A DNA stretch of 64,000 nucleotides from a virus, in the IMG/VR virus record IMGVR_UViG_3300029183_000001, positions 1,900-65,899 of that record. The stretch is one strand, 5' to 3'. Positions within the stretch are counted from its first letter, which is position 1. Each line of letters begins with the position of its first letter. The translations under genes were made by a program, and so were the position numbers. Under the pieces are notes generated by a model, which saw only the letters and a list, made by a program, of their open reading frames with translations, searched no databases and was not told the origin of the DNA. This document shows positions 1-9,432 of the stretch, one piece after another.

Positions 1-107
1 CACATCCTGGACATCTTCCATCATATGGGGCCAATTTAGGCAATTCATGCGTCTTACAATATTCCGTCTGCGCTTTATCTGCTTCAACAAGGTTGAATGT
101 CCTCGGT

Positions 108-578
108 TTACTCATCTCCACAGGCTGACAAGTTCTCAAATGGGTCATCTAATTTGATATCCTCCAATATCTGCTCAAAGGTCCGCGCCTTCGCCTCAAA
201 CCCTCTCTTCGGCCTCTTCCTTCCCTTCACTCCTCCCTGTCTAAATTGATCCTGTGTGTTCTTGTGGAAAGTCTCCCAATAATCTTCCTGGCCACTGTAC
301 CCCTGTGTCTTTTTGAAATCTGCAGTTCCTTTCTGGTATAACTCTTCTGGGTACCGATCAACAATGACCGTCCTCAATAAACTTCTATATTCCTCCTCCT
401 TTGACTGGATCTTTCCAAGGTTGTTGTCTGTAAGCATCAATAACATCTCTACTTTCGTGTATACATACAGGCAATACCTCTTATCTGGAATGCTCCTCTT
501 TTCAAATTCCCTCTTCAATTCATCTTGACTCATTCTCGATATGATGAATCGCTTGATAACCTCCGGTATGCTCATCAT
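108..578 (-). CDS. hypothetical phage protein
   Basis: 156-aa ORF, coupled to upstream gene by stop/start overlap. Confidence 0.75.
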   Translation of the reverse strand: MMSIPEVIKRFIISRMSQDELKREFEKRSIPDKRYCLYVYTKVEMLLMLTDNNLGKIQSKEEEYRSLLRTVIVDRYPEELYQKGTADFKKTQGYSGQEDYWETFHKNTQDQFRQGGVKGRKRPKRGFEAKARTFEQILEDIKLDDPFENLSACGDE

Positions 579-940
579 TGGTAAATGATTAAAGATCTTT
601 CACATTCATCCCACGGACACATCTTCACCAGTATCAGATCATCGATCTCTCCAAATATGGCATGCCCCTTCTGGATCGGTTTGAATGACTGCAAATGGAA
701 TTCCTCTCCATTCACATAAAACCGTGGATCTCTATTGTCCATTAAACATCTCCTCGCCAACTCAGGCGAAAAATAATAATACACCATTTGATTCTTAGGA
801 TCAGCCACTTTATTCAATGACTGAGGCTCCCAATTATCCTTCTGCCTTTGGCTCAATTCCCATATCACCAGGAAGAGCAACAAGGCCATCATAATTCCAA
901 AAAATCTCATTTCTTCTTCTTTTGATTTTGATACTCCCAA
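575..940 (-). CDS. hypothetical protein with N-terminal transmembrane or signal segment
   Basis: Hydrophobic FFGIMMALLLFLVIW near N-terminus. Confidence 0.7.
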   Translation of the reverse strand: MGVSKSKEEEMRFFGIMMALLLFLVIWELSQRQKDNWEPQSLNKVADPKNQMVYYYFSPELARRCLMDNRDPRFYVNGEEFHLQSFKPIQKGHAIFGEIDDLILVKMCPWDECERSLIIYQ

Positions 941-1158
941 TACGGGCTATATGCAACTCGATCCACTCCTTCTTCCTCCAACACGAACCTCAATGCATTT
1001 GCCTTCTCTGTCAACTCAATATACTTCTGCAGATCTAAAAAATACTGTGGGTCTTTCCTTCCCAATATCCAATCCTTCTCCTCAATCCGTGGCTCGATCC
1101 TCTCCCTCGCTTCCAGGATCTGGTCAATCGTGGCTCTGATCTCCTCCTCTGATCTCAC
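907..1158 (-). CDS. hypothetical protein
   Basis: 83-aa ORF in coupled gene string. Confidence 0.7.
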   Translation of the reverse strand: MRSEEEIRATIDQILEARERIEPRIEEKDWILGRKDPQYFLDLQKYIELTEKANALRFVLEEEGVDRVAYSPYWEYQNQKKKK

Positions 1159-1427
1159 TTCTTAATCCCCTTCTCTTTCAACTGTGTATTCATCGCCCTG
1201 ACTGCCTGACTCAATGTTGGCTTCTCAACTGGCCGGATCTCATCCACCCCTCCTTCTTCTGGATCGAAGATATAACCAATCTGCACATTCTCCTCAGTAA
1301 ACGATATCACCAAATGTAAATCATCCACATATCCCCCTGAATATGTGATCACCCTGGGAAGGTGATATTTCATTCTTCCAATTGGGAAGATGGCTTTGAA
1401 TGGTTTAGGGGTCAATATCGTCTTCAT
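1155..1427 (-). CDS. hypothetical protein
   Basis: 90-aa ORF, coupled overlap. Confidence 0.7.
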   Translation of the reverse strand: MKTILTPKPFKAIFPIGRMKYHLPRVITYSGGYVDDLHLVISFTEENVQIGYIFDPEEGGVDEIRPVEKPTLSQAVRAMNTQLKEKGIKK

Positions 1428-1827
1428 CCTTTATCTCTTTTGAACTCCATTTAATTCCCTTGTCTTTCAACATAGTCTCTGCATTCCAACCAACTTGATC
1501 TTCATTACCCGCATCCTCCATCAATCGATTAAATGCCTGCTGTAGATTAAATCCTTTAAGCTCATGCTGCTCCTCTGTGTCTCCAAGATCCACCTCAAAA
1601 TAAAACATCTGTTCTGACTCCCACAACGCTTGGTTCACACCATACAACTCGAGTATTCTTCCATTCTTGTATCTGACGCGAAATGCTCTGTGTTCATGCA
1701 TCTGCTCGATAGAATCAACACCACTCCTTCCCAATACTACTTTATCAAATACTTCTCCCAATCCTTCGTGTTGACTCCCTGCTACATGCCAATTAAAAAT
1801 TACCTCAGTGATCCGCAACTCCTTCAT
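1405..1827 (-). CDS. hypothetical protein
   Basis: 140-aa ORF. Confidence 0.7.
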   Translation of the reverse strand: MKELRITEVIFNWHVAGSQHEGLGEVFDKVVLGRSGVDSIEQMHEHRAFRVRYKNGRILELYGVNQALWESEQMFYFEVDLGDTEEQHELKGFNLQQAFNRLMEDAGNEDQVGWNAETMLKDKGIKWSSKEIKDEDDIDP

Positions 1828-2077
1828 GTCCTTCTTCTTTAAGGTTATTCTTAATGGCCCTCTCTACCAGATGAATGGCATTTTCTAACTTGCTTTGATC
1901 CATTGTGTCGATCACATCCATGATATCCCTATTTAAATTCTCCTCATTGAACTCTCTTCCATCATGGGCATACAACCGTTTGAATTTCAATTGCTGCCCT
2001 CCTGTGCATTCAACGATTAACTCCTTTAATTTCTGTCTCCCCATATCGGATAGGGTAGACCCTTGAATTGTAAGCAT
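1805..2077 (-). CDS. hypothetical protein
   Basis: 90-aa ORF. Confidence 0.7.
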   Translation of the reverse strand: MLTIQGSTLSDMGRQKLKELIVECTGGQQLKFKRLYAHDGREFNEENLNRDIMDVIDTMDQSKLENAIHLVERAIKNNLKEEGHEGVADH

Positions 2078-2088
2078 AATTTATCTAT

Positions 2089-2622
2089 TTAAAATTTGGT
2101 TTTCATTACCCTCGCACAATCTTCTTCGCTCTTCTCGATCACATACCAATCATCGGATCTCTCATCTCGAAAATCATAATACATCAACACTCCATCCCTC
2201 TTATACTTGATCGTCAACTCATACGTCATGTTGTGCGGTCCTTTCAAAAATCTCGGCACCTGATGCTCTCCAAACTTGATAATGTCATCCAACTTGAAAT
2301 TTCGATTCCTGACATTAAACATCACCTCCTTAATCACATCCTCACATCCCTCTGCCAACCCTTCCGGCATATCAGCAGGGCCAACCACCTTTCCATTGTA
2401 CCACACATACCCAATCAACCCATCATCATTATCTCCCATAACTTGACCTCCCGTCCACGTGGAAAATCCCAACTCATTCTCTTCTATGTATTCCCGGCAC
2501 ACCTTCGATGCCTCTTCTGAGTTCTTGACCTTTACGATCTCATCCTTCGGCTTCCCTGGAATATTCATCCCTGGATATTGCCCATAATCGATATTCCCTC
2601 GATTTGCTAAAATTACTCTCAT
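2089..2622 (-). CDS. hypothetical protein, first gene after operator-promoter at 2663
   Basis: 177-aa ORF with short AT-rich leader. Confidence 0.8.
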   Translation of the reverse strand: MRVILANRGNIDYGQYPGMNIPGKPKDEIVKVKNSEEASKVCREYIEENELGFSTWTGGQVMGDNDDGLIGYVWYNGKVVGPADMPEGLAEGCEDVIKEVMFNVRNRNFKLDDIIKFGEHQVPRFLKGPHNMTYELTIKYKRDGVLMYYDFRDERSDDWYVIEKSEEDCARVMKTKF

Positions 2623-2662
2623 TGCTTTTGATTCTTATGAATTAAATAATTGTTTGACGAAC

Positions 2663-2694
2663 CAAATATATAATTTATATATCACTTATACAAA
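2663..2694 (-). promoter_or_regulatory. Bacteroidota sigma-A promoter (TTTG-N20-TATATTTG) overlapped by perfect 17-bp palindrome at 2666-2682
   Basis: + strand caaatata-taatttatatatcacttata-caaa; ATATATAA-T-TTATATAT. Confidence 0.85.
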
Positions 2695-2695
2695 A

Positions 2696-2724
2696 GAAGA
2701 GAGGGAGCCGGGCGACTCCCCCTC
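2696..2724 (-). terminator. intrinsic terminator-like hairpin
   Basis: minus strand gagggggagtcgcccggctccctc followed by tcttctttt. Confidence 0.6.
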
Positions 2725-2785
2725 ACTTTCACTGCATCAACCAAAAAATATCTTAGTATTCCCCCTTAACTTTCAATTGATACAA

Positions 2786-2817
2786 TGAATATATAATTTA
2801 TATAGGAAAGTTGCAAA
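2786..2817 (-). promoter_or_regulatory. promoter (TTTG-N20-TATATTCA) with palindrome at 2789-2805 (1 mismatch)
   Basis: + strand tgaatata-taatttatataggaaagttg-caaa. Confidence 0.75.
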
Positions 2818-2855
2818 TGAAGAAGGGGAGTCGCTCGTGATAACTTCTCCCCTTC
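2816..2855 (-). terminator. terminator-like hairpin downstream of terL
   Basis: 9-bp stem gaaggggag/ctccccttc followed by T-rich tail on minus strand. Confidence 0.6.
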
Positions 2856-2947
2856 CGGTCTTATCTACTTATACAGTAATAACTGAGATACGTCATTCGG
2901 TATAACCCATCCGAATAGAAATATCAACCACAAGATAACATTTATTC

Positions 2948-4375
2948 TCAATGGCCGGATTGCCTCTCCCAATTATCGATCAATAGAATGATGATCGCCA
3001 TTACAGTCAAATCAATCTCTTCATCATGCTTCACATTCGGGTAGGACTTTAATTTTCCTTTGAATGATTCAACCCATGGGCCATCTACAAACATCACTCT
3101 CTTCGCCTGGAAGTACTCAGATACGAACCTCAACAACGCCTCTTTGTCTTGACCTGGATGTTTATACTCCATTGCATTGATCATCCGGTTTCTCAGCAAT
3201 TGAGCGTATGTCAGTCCGGACGCCTTGTTTTCAACGAATATCGGCCCATTCTGGCCTGTTCCCTGTACTAACTTTTGAAACATATCCAGGGCTTCGGTTG
3301 CCTCCATTCTGAAAATACTGCAGTCCATGAACCACAACCGGCCTCCCCATACTTTGACCTTTAAGAATCCATTTGGATCATTCGACTCCTTCTTAGTATA
3401 GGACGTGTCAGCAAACATGATCGTCCTTTGACCCCATACGGCCCGGGGTACAGCGATCTTCGGCACAATCTCAATCCATTCCTCTTTAATGATATTACCC
3501 TCTGCAGATGTCGGGGTCTGCTGATACATGGATCTGAAGGTTTGGGGCCGTTTATCTCTGATATTCTCATATCTCTCCCTGCTGTGCTTCTCTGGCCACA
3601 ACGCCTCCCCAATCTCCCTCTTATCGAACTCATCACCAAAATCACTCTCCTTCAACCCTTCATAAATGACCACGACCCAACCGTCCGGATTGTCTTCACT
3701 CCACACTCCATCTTCCTTCAACAACTGTCCCGCCAAATCATCCTCATGCCATCTGGTCATCATCAAAAGCTGCTGACTGTCATTGTGCAACCTCGTACAG
3801 AAAACATCTGTATACCAATCATAAATCTTCTTCCGCACCTGATCGCTCATGGCTTCCTGTCGATCCTTGATAGGGTCATCAATAATTCCCCAATCGACGG
3901 GGGTTCCCGTCAGTGGTCCATTAACCCCAACCGTCTTGAAAAAACCCTTATGCCCAACAACTTCAAAGATGTTTCCCGTCCTCTTATACGCTCCCCTCGC
4001 ATCCGTGGCAACATTCTTCGCATTTAATTTGGTGTCCGGGAAGATGAGGTTGTAATTATCCCCCATGATGATTCTCTGCACATCACGGTTGATCGATTGA
4101 CTGAGCTCAGCACCATATGAACACAAAGCAATCTTTCGATCTGGATTCTTCCCTAATCCATAACTTGGCAAGATCCTGGAGGCCGCTTCTGTCTTTCCTG
4201 TCTGAGGAGGCTGGAAGAGCATCATTTTCTTGATCTCTCCTTTCTCAAACTTCTCCAGGTGATATATGACACTCAAATGGTGCCAATTGAAATGATAATC
4301 CGGCTTTACTTGCCGAATATAGACCGCTAAGTCATCCTTTGCGAGATAGTTAAGTACATTCTGATCTGTTACCAC
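2948..4375 (-). CDS. terL: terminase large subunit
   Basis: Walker A QPPQTGKT, Walker B IIDDPIKD, MTRWHEDDLAG motif, C-terminal nuclease acidic motifs FADTS and KHDEEID. Confidence 0.93.
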   Translation of the reverse strand: MVTDQNVLNYLAKDDLAVYIRQVKPDYHFNWHHLSVIYHLEKFEKGEIKKMMLFQPPQTGKTEAASRILPSYGLGKNPDRKIALCSYGAELSQSINRDVQRIIMGDNYNLIFPDTKLNAKNVATDARGAYKRTGNIFEVVGHKGFFKTVGVNGPLTGTPVDWGIIDDPIKDRQEAMSDQVRKKIYDWYTDVFCTRLHNDSQQLLMMTRWHEDDLAGQLLKEDGVWSEDNPDGWVVVIYEGLKESDFGDEFDKREIGEALWPEKHSRERYENIRDKRPQTFRSMYQQTPTSAEGNIIKEEWIEIVPKIAVPRAVWGQRTIMFADTSYTKKESNDPNGFLKVKVWGGRLWFMDCSIFRMEATEALDMFQKLVQGTGQNGPIFVENKASGLTYAQLLRNRMINAMEYKHPGQDKEALLRFVSEYFQAKRVMFVDGPWVESFKGKLKSYPNVKHDEEIDLTVMAIIILLIDNWERQSGH

Positions 4376-4458
4376 TCATCAATCTATTCCGCTAACTAAA
4401 ATTGTGCCGGCCCCGCATCTTTGGCATCCATAATCCGGCACACCCAACCTTTCTTATA

Positions 4459-4875
4459 CTACTGGGTTCCGGCTTCTGCCATTACCCTCTCTCCTGTGTC
4501 GCCCTCTTTTTTTGAGGCGGGATTAATCCCTCTCAACGCTTCCACATTTCGGTTATGTTGACCAATCATGTTCTTAGCAGTGTGCATGATTTCCATGTCC
4601 GCACAATGATCTGCAAGATTCATAATATACCGCCATTGGTCATTTGACAACTCGCTCCCACTATCCAAAGTGCCTTTGCAGGTCTTTAACATATTCTTCC
4701 TTTCCATCCATTTGGTAAAGTCTGAATGTGTGACCCCACTTTCAATAAGGTGATGCAGAGTGTCTTCATAAGCCAGCTTCTGTCTGGAATCCTCCAACTC
4801 CTTCCTGACTTTGACCTTCTCTAAAATGTAGTTTGCAAATTCGACTAAATCTCTGTGATTGTAATAGGTTACCAT
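4459..4875 (-). CDS. hypothetical protein
   Basis: 138-aa ORF. Confidence 0.7.
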   Translation of the reverse strand: MVTYYNHRDLVEFANYILEKVKVRKELEDSRQKLAYEDTLHHLIESGVTHSDFTKWMERKNMLKTCKGTLDSGSELSNDQWRYIMNLADHCADMEIMHTAKNMIGQHNRNVEALRGINPASKKEGDTGERVMAEAGTQ

Positions 4876-4925
4876 CTTCTTAATTTTTCATGGTTCGCTA
4901 AATAATTTTATCAATCCAAAGCTAA

Positions 4926-5261
4926 TCATTTTCCCTGTAACTGAGTTTGCCACAACAACGGCTCTCTCACTTTAAGGATCATCATGCCAAGCACTGATTC
5001 AATCCTGGAGATCTCATCCAACGTAAAACTCCTCTTCCCCTTCATCCAATTTCTCCACGTCCGGATGCTCATGTCGAGCTTCTCAGCCATGTATCGATTA
5101 GACATATCCCTCTGATCCATACAATAACTGATCCTCTCAATGATCCCCTCAATAAGAAATGATTTTCTCTCATCCGGTTTCAACATCAGGCTCCTCGGCC
5201 CCTTGTTTCTCCTTATCCTCCTGTTCATCTTCAATGATTTCGGCATCTTCAATTTCCACAC
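4926..5261 (-). CDS. XRE-family helix-turn-helix regulator (true start may be internal)
   Basis: MSNRYMAEKLDMSIRTWRNWMKGKRSFTLDEISRIESVL fits the Cro/CI-type HTH pattern. Confidence 0.8.
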   Translation of the reverse strand: MWKLKMPKSLKMNRRIRRNKGPRSLMLKPDERKSFLIEGIIERISYCMDQRDMSNRYMAEKLDMSIRTWRNWMKGKRSFTLDEISRIESVLGMMILKVREPLLWQTQLQGK

Positions 5262-5709
5262 CAGGGATCCGGAGTGCCTTATCTCGGATCTCCTTGAATA
5301 TCTGTTCCTGTAATTCTGGACTCAATGACTGTATGAACAAATTCGCCTCTTCCTGTTTCTCGATATCGGACTTGGATGCTCCCACTTCTACTCTCTGCAC
5401 AGCCTTTCCATCAACTCGATCCAGAAAGTCCCTCAGCATCTTATTATCCGTCATCAACGCCTCTGTATACCTCAGAGTCAAAGCATCTGCATTCACCATT
5501 GCGATCCTGACATTAACCCTCCTTCCTGTTGGGTTTCCTTCTGCAGTGATTTCATCTACCTGGAAGAAGTCCAAAAATGACTCCTCATCAAATACTTTCT
5601 TCTTAATCTTCGTGAGTAGACTTGCCTCTCTATACCTGGGAGGCTGATATTCACTACTGAATCTCTTTCCGATCTTCGCCAACTCCTCCTTAGATCTACC
5701 ACTGGGCAT
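5170..5709 (-). CDS. putative terminase small subunit
   Basis: N-terminal KRFSSEYQP motif typical of small terminases, acidic tail, near terL. Confidence 0.55.
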   Translation of the reverse strand: MPSGRSKEELAKIGKRFSSEYQPPRYREASLLTKIKKKVFDEESFLDFFQVDEITAEGNPTGRRVNVRIAMVNADALTLRYTEALMTDNKMLRDFLDRVDGKAVQRVEVGASKSDIEKQEEANLFIQSLSPELQEQIFKEIRDKALRIPGVEIEDAEIIEDEQEDKEKQGAEEPDVETG

Positions 5710-5723
5710 GATTCACTCGGTTT

Positions 5724-6245
5724 TTACTCGATTATATTTGATCTACTCGCTCCTGGATCTCCAATCACATCCGGTCCAATATACACCAAAAACTCTCCCT
5801 CCTTTTTGATCATTCCCCTCTTAATCGCATTCGCCAACACAGTCTCCATATCTCCTAAGAATATGACATTATCCCCCTGTATGAAGTCTGTATTGACCTT
5901 ATCCATAACCTCATTCGCTTTCATCTTCACTACACTCTTTGCGAATAGGTCATCAACGAATTTCTCCAATGCTGAATAAAACTGATCCTCTGCTTCTGGC
6001 TTGATTCCATAATCCCCCATTAATTTGGGTATTTCCTTTTGGGTATGGAACTGAAACATTGATACATGCATCCACTGTTGGAGGATAATACAACCCCGTC
6101 CATCCGGTTGATAGAAGTATGTTCCATCTACAGGCTTATAGCCCTTTTTGGCCCATGCATTACATTCAGTCTCAAACTCATGCACCTCCAATCCATGAAT
6201 CATCACAACATCCTTACTCATTCTTCTTCGATTTTTCCCGCGCAT
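5724..6245 (-). CDS. hypothetical protein
   Basis: 173-aa ORF. Confidence 0.7.
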   Translation of the reverse strand: MRGKNRRRMSKDVVMIHGLEVHEFETECNAWAKKGYKPVDGTYFYQPDGRGCIILQQWMHVSMFQFHTQKEIPKLMGDYGIKPEAEDQFYSALEKFVDDLFAKSVVKMKANEVMDKVNTDFIQGDNVIFLGDMETVLANAIKRGMIKKEGEFLVYIGPDVIGDPGASRSNIIE

Positions 6246-6873
6246 CTAACGCCCATTGATTCAAAAATCTCTCCGCATCTATCCGTAATGGAATCCATAC
6301 AGTCGTGTCTTTTGGGAATTCGGATCTAACCGTTTCTCCCGTTTCTGGGTTATACACCAGGGCCTGAGTTGCACACTTCCCATTCACCACCTTCCCTTCT
6401 GGGCTAATACAGATATCTGTCATACTTCCCCTCTCCCACATGTCTCTCTGAAACCGTACCCATTTATAAGCTCCACAATCCTCCGGCACCAATTGACAAT
6501 GATCATATAACTCCTTCTCCATCAATTTAAGGGTGTCAAGCATTGCGACCTGTGAAGTCCCGACAGTTGATAAGAAAAGCATAATTATTGCCAAGGTCGG
6601 CATCAATCTGTTTCTCTTTACATCCTTCATCACTTCCTTCCAAGCTCTCTCCCATGCCCAATCACTTTCCAGGCTCTCAAACTCATACACCTTCTTTTTC
6701 GCCACTGGATTGCCTGGCCCTTCATATTTGAACGCTTTTGGCTTCTCCCACTCCTTCTTCCCTGGGATAACCTTTTTAACAATCTGAGGTAGCCCGATCA
6801 ATCCGACCACTCCTCCAAAAAAACTCCTTCTATTCATCTTTAATTTGTTTTTGTAACCATTCCATGAAATCAT
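6214..6873 (-). CDS. hypothetical protein with twin-arginine-like N-terminus and internal signal-like segment
   Basis: MNRRSFFGGVVGLIGL and internal MPTLAIIMLFLSTVGTSQ. Confidence 0.65.
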   Translation of the reverse strand: MISWNGYKNKLKMNRRSFFGGVVGLIGLPQIVKKVIPGKKEWEKPKAFKYEGPGNPVAKKKVYEFESLESDWAWERAWKEVMKDVKRNRLMPTLAIIMLFLSTVGTSQVAMLDTLKLMEKELYDHCQLVPEDCGAYKWVRFQRDMWERGSMTDICISPEGKVVNGKCATQALVYNPETGETVRSEFPKDTTVWIPLRIDAERFLNQWALDAREKSKKNE

Positions 6874-7288
6874 CCAAACTCACATCTCTTATGGCGAGTG
6901 ATGAATCTGGCTTAACTTTTATAACATAATGTTCAGCAGTTGAATCATATACCTCCCAAAGTACATACTCTCCATTCGGCAACATTACAGGATTATCAAT
7001 TATCCATTGTTTGTATTCTCGATACCATTCAACCAATCCCTTCTCCCATCTCTGCGGATTATCGAATGGTCTCAATGCAGGATCTATTATGTATTCTCGG
7101 TTTTCCCAAATTCCTGGGTCTATTTTGTGTGGTCCAATATCTCCTTTCTCTCCCGGCCATACTGGCATAATTCCCGGGTCAACTATTATTCGTGTCGTGT
7201 CCACTCTTACTGTACCCTCTATTAAAATAACTTGTCCCTGGATCTCCTGCAGGAAACCGAATAGGGCGATTAATAACAATACTCTCAT
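6830..7288 (-). CDS. secreted hypothetical protein with short DPG repeats
   Basis: Signal peptide MRVLLLIALFGFLQEIQG|Q; repeated IVDPG, IDPG, IDPA. Confidence 0.7.
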   Translation of the reverse strand: MRVLLLIALFGFLQEIQGQVILIEGTVRVDTTRIIVDPGIMPVWPGEKGDIGPHKIDPGIWENREYIIDPALRPFDNPQRWEKGLVEWYREYKQWIIDNPVMLPNGEYVLWEVYDSTAEHYVIKVKPDSSLAIRDVSLDDFMEWLQKQIKDE

Positions 7289-7596
7289 GGTTTAATTATT
7301 TGATTTCCAAGCTCTGTGAGATCAACCATTTTTCCTTTCACCAGGATATGATCACCAAATATCAACTTCACCAATTCCTTCAACTCATTGATCTCTTTTT
7401 TAAGATCCTGGATCTCTCCCATCAACTTCTTATTATCAATCCTTTCCTCCTTCTCTTTGTGCACAACTTCCTTCTGAAAGTGTCTCCACTCATGGGCCGG
7501 CCACTCCGAAACCCTGGTTGCAATATTTGTCATAGCCCCCCCTTTGGTGCCACTGAAGCCTGCTAATACATTGTGATGATTTAATCCCATTATCAA
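7285..7596 (-). CDS. hypothetical coiled-coil protein
   Basis: 103-aa ORF with heptad pattern. Confidence 0.65.
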   Translation of the reverse strand: MIMGLNHHNVLAGFSGTKGGAMTNIATRVSEWPAHEWRHFQKEVVHKEKEERIDNKKLMGEIQDLKKEINELKELVKLIFGDHILVKGKMVDLTELGNQIIKP

Positions 7597-8093
7597 TCTT
7601 TATTATGAAACAATCTCAAATTCACTTTAAACCTGATCGCCTTGTCGGTTCCTCCCCTCAACCACGCAGGCGGTATGATCTCGATAAAATCTCCCTTGTG
7701 GTATAACATCATTCCAATCCCTGCACTCGCTATATTCGCCAACTCATGCCTCACTAAATGAACCCCCGCGGGCATCACTATATAAGAATAATCGGCCCAC
7801 CTCTTATGGTCCAACGCCTGATCAAATACTCCTTTGATATCGGTCAACTTCAACTCAAAATTAACAATCTTCCTCTTCGTCATCACCATTACCACATCAC
7901 TCCTCCTCTTTATCTCAGGTATATGATATTCCGTCAGGATCTTCATTGGCCTCACTTCCTCGGTTTCATACTCCTTATGCCGATAATACTTCTGATTCTT
8001 AAGGAACTCAACGAAGAGATCTTGCATCTTCTTCTCCGTTCCTGGGATGTCCCACCCCAAATCATTCAGATAAGGGCTAAACACCGCCATCAC
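7593..8093 (-). CDS. MmcB-like PD-(D/E)XK nuclease-fold protein
   Basis: RRSDVV...FELKL...DQALDHKRWADYSYIVMP. Confidence 0.65.
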   Translation of the reverse strand: MMAVFSPYLNDLGWDIPGTEKKMQDLFVEFLKNQKYYRHKEYETEEVRPMKILTEYHIPEIKRRSDVVMVMTKRKIVNFELKLTDIKGVFDQALDHKRWADYSYIVMPAGVHLVRHELANIASAGIGMMLYHKGDFIEIIPPAWLRGGTDKAIRFKVNLRLFHNKD

Positions 8094-8842
8094 ACTCCTT
8101 TTATCGGCACTTTGATAACTGGATTGATGTCATAAATCTTCTCCTTCTCCTTCGATTTATTTGATGTATCAAACTTGACAATCTTTCCACCCCACTTCTC
8201 TCTCAACATCTCATTATGCAATCTCTCTCTATCAAGATTCCTATATGTCGCACACCCTCCTTCGAGATCCGCTTGGTTACACATGTAATGATACATATTC
8301 AACCTCAGATTCTTCCGGTACTTTCTCAATACCTGGAGAGTCATATCATAATCCTCCTTCAAAAATATCACCTCATCATATCGGCACTCATTATTCCTGT
8401 GAGCCTGGAATGGCCCTCCGATATAGTGCTTTGTCCCAAAAGGTGTATACTCCCTATACGCCCCTTTATCCTTCAAACAATTCAACCCCCAAAACCGGAC
8501 ATCCATATCATCGGCCAAAAGACATCCTTCTTGCATCATGTTATATGCTCCCTGCTCATCCAATATCACATCAACATTCCCATTCCATCTTCCGAAATAA
8601 TCAATGTCATCATCAATTATAATCACCTGGACATCCTCCGGTGCATTGTCCAATATGTAATTTCTCACTCGACAAAGATTCCCTTGCACTGCATCCGGAA
8701 CAACCCAAACCTTGTCATGCACATTCTTATAAGCCTCTCCCTCTGCTTCTCCAACCACATAAGTGACTTGACTCAGATACTTGTGAGACTTACAAAGCTC
8801 GGGCCTCTTATACGATGGGCTATATATGATGAAATCAATCAT
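8090..8842 (-). CDS. GT-A fold glycosyltransferase (TET-associated/GREB1-like DNA glycosyltransferase family)
   Basis: IYSPSYKRP start, IIDDDI (DxD), KEDYDMTLQVL, GGC near C-terminus. Confidence 0.75.
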   Translation of the reverse strand: MIDFIIYSPSYKRPELCKSHKYLSQVTYVVGEAEGEAYKNVHDKVWVVPDAVQGNLCRVRNYILDNAPEDVQVIIIDDDIDYFGRWNGNVDVILDEQGAYNMMQEGCLLADDMDVRFWGLNCLKDKGAYREYTPFGTKHYIGGPFQAHRNNECRYDEVIFLKEDYDMTLQVLRKYRKNLRLNMYHYMCNQADLEGGCATYRNLDRERLHNEMLREKWGGKIVKFDTSNKSKEKEKIYDINPVIKVPIKGV

Positions 8843-9432
8843 GAATTTCTGATCTTATCCAAAGTCTCGGGACCATTCAAAACTCTCCCAACTCCTTTAC
8901 TCCAAGGCTTTCCATTTGTCCTCTTAGATGAAACCGTTTTTAATCCAAGCAAAGTCAACGCCTGCTTCCAATCAACATCCGTCTCGAAATACAGAACAAC
9001 ATAATTGTGTTCCTCATTTAAGAACTCACTAAACTCAACCTTCCCCTTATCATCCTGGGCCTTTCCTCTGATCCCGGATAAGGGTATGTTGTGTTTCGAT
9101 GCTTCTTCAACCGTCATAAACTTCATGGTATATCGACCATATGAAGCATTATCCTTGAATATAAACCTCCTCTTCTTGTCTTCTGGGTATTTGGCATAAT
9201 CTGCAAACCATTCATCTGGGCATTCTCCATCCTCCCCATAAATTACTCTCAATGCAACCAACCTCTTATTCCCTCCTAAAACCATATTCTCCCTGGTCGA
9301 ATCATATACAACCTTGTCCTCTGCAAGAAACTCGGGATCCTCCTTTATACTTTCGATTAATTGCTTCATTGCCCTGGATGACTTCACAGGGAACGGGTTT
9401 TCTGGATTAACCCTCAGACTTGACAACTTCAT
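8839..9432 (-). CDS. ParB/Srx N-terminal domain protein
   Basis: LRVNPENP...QLIESIKEDPEFL...VLGGNKRLVAL; coupled to glycosyltransferase. Confidence 0.8.
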   Translation of the reverse strand: MKLSSLRVNPENPFPVKSSRAMKQLIESIKEDPEFLAEDKVVYDSTRENMVLGGNKRLVALRVIYGEDGECPDEWFADYAKYPEDKKRRFIFKDNASYGRYTMKFMTVEEASKHNIPLSGIRGKAQDDKGKVEFSEFLNEEHNYVVLYFETDVDWKQALTLLGLKTVSSKRTNGKPWSKGVGRVLNGPETLDKIRNS

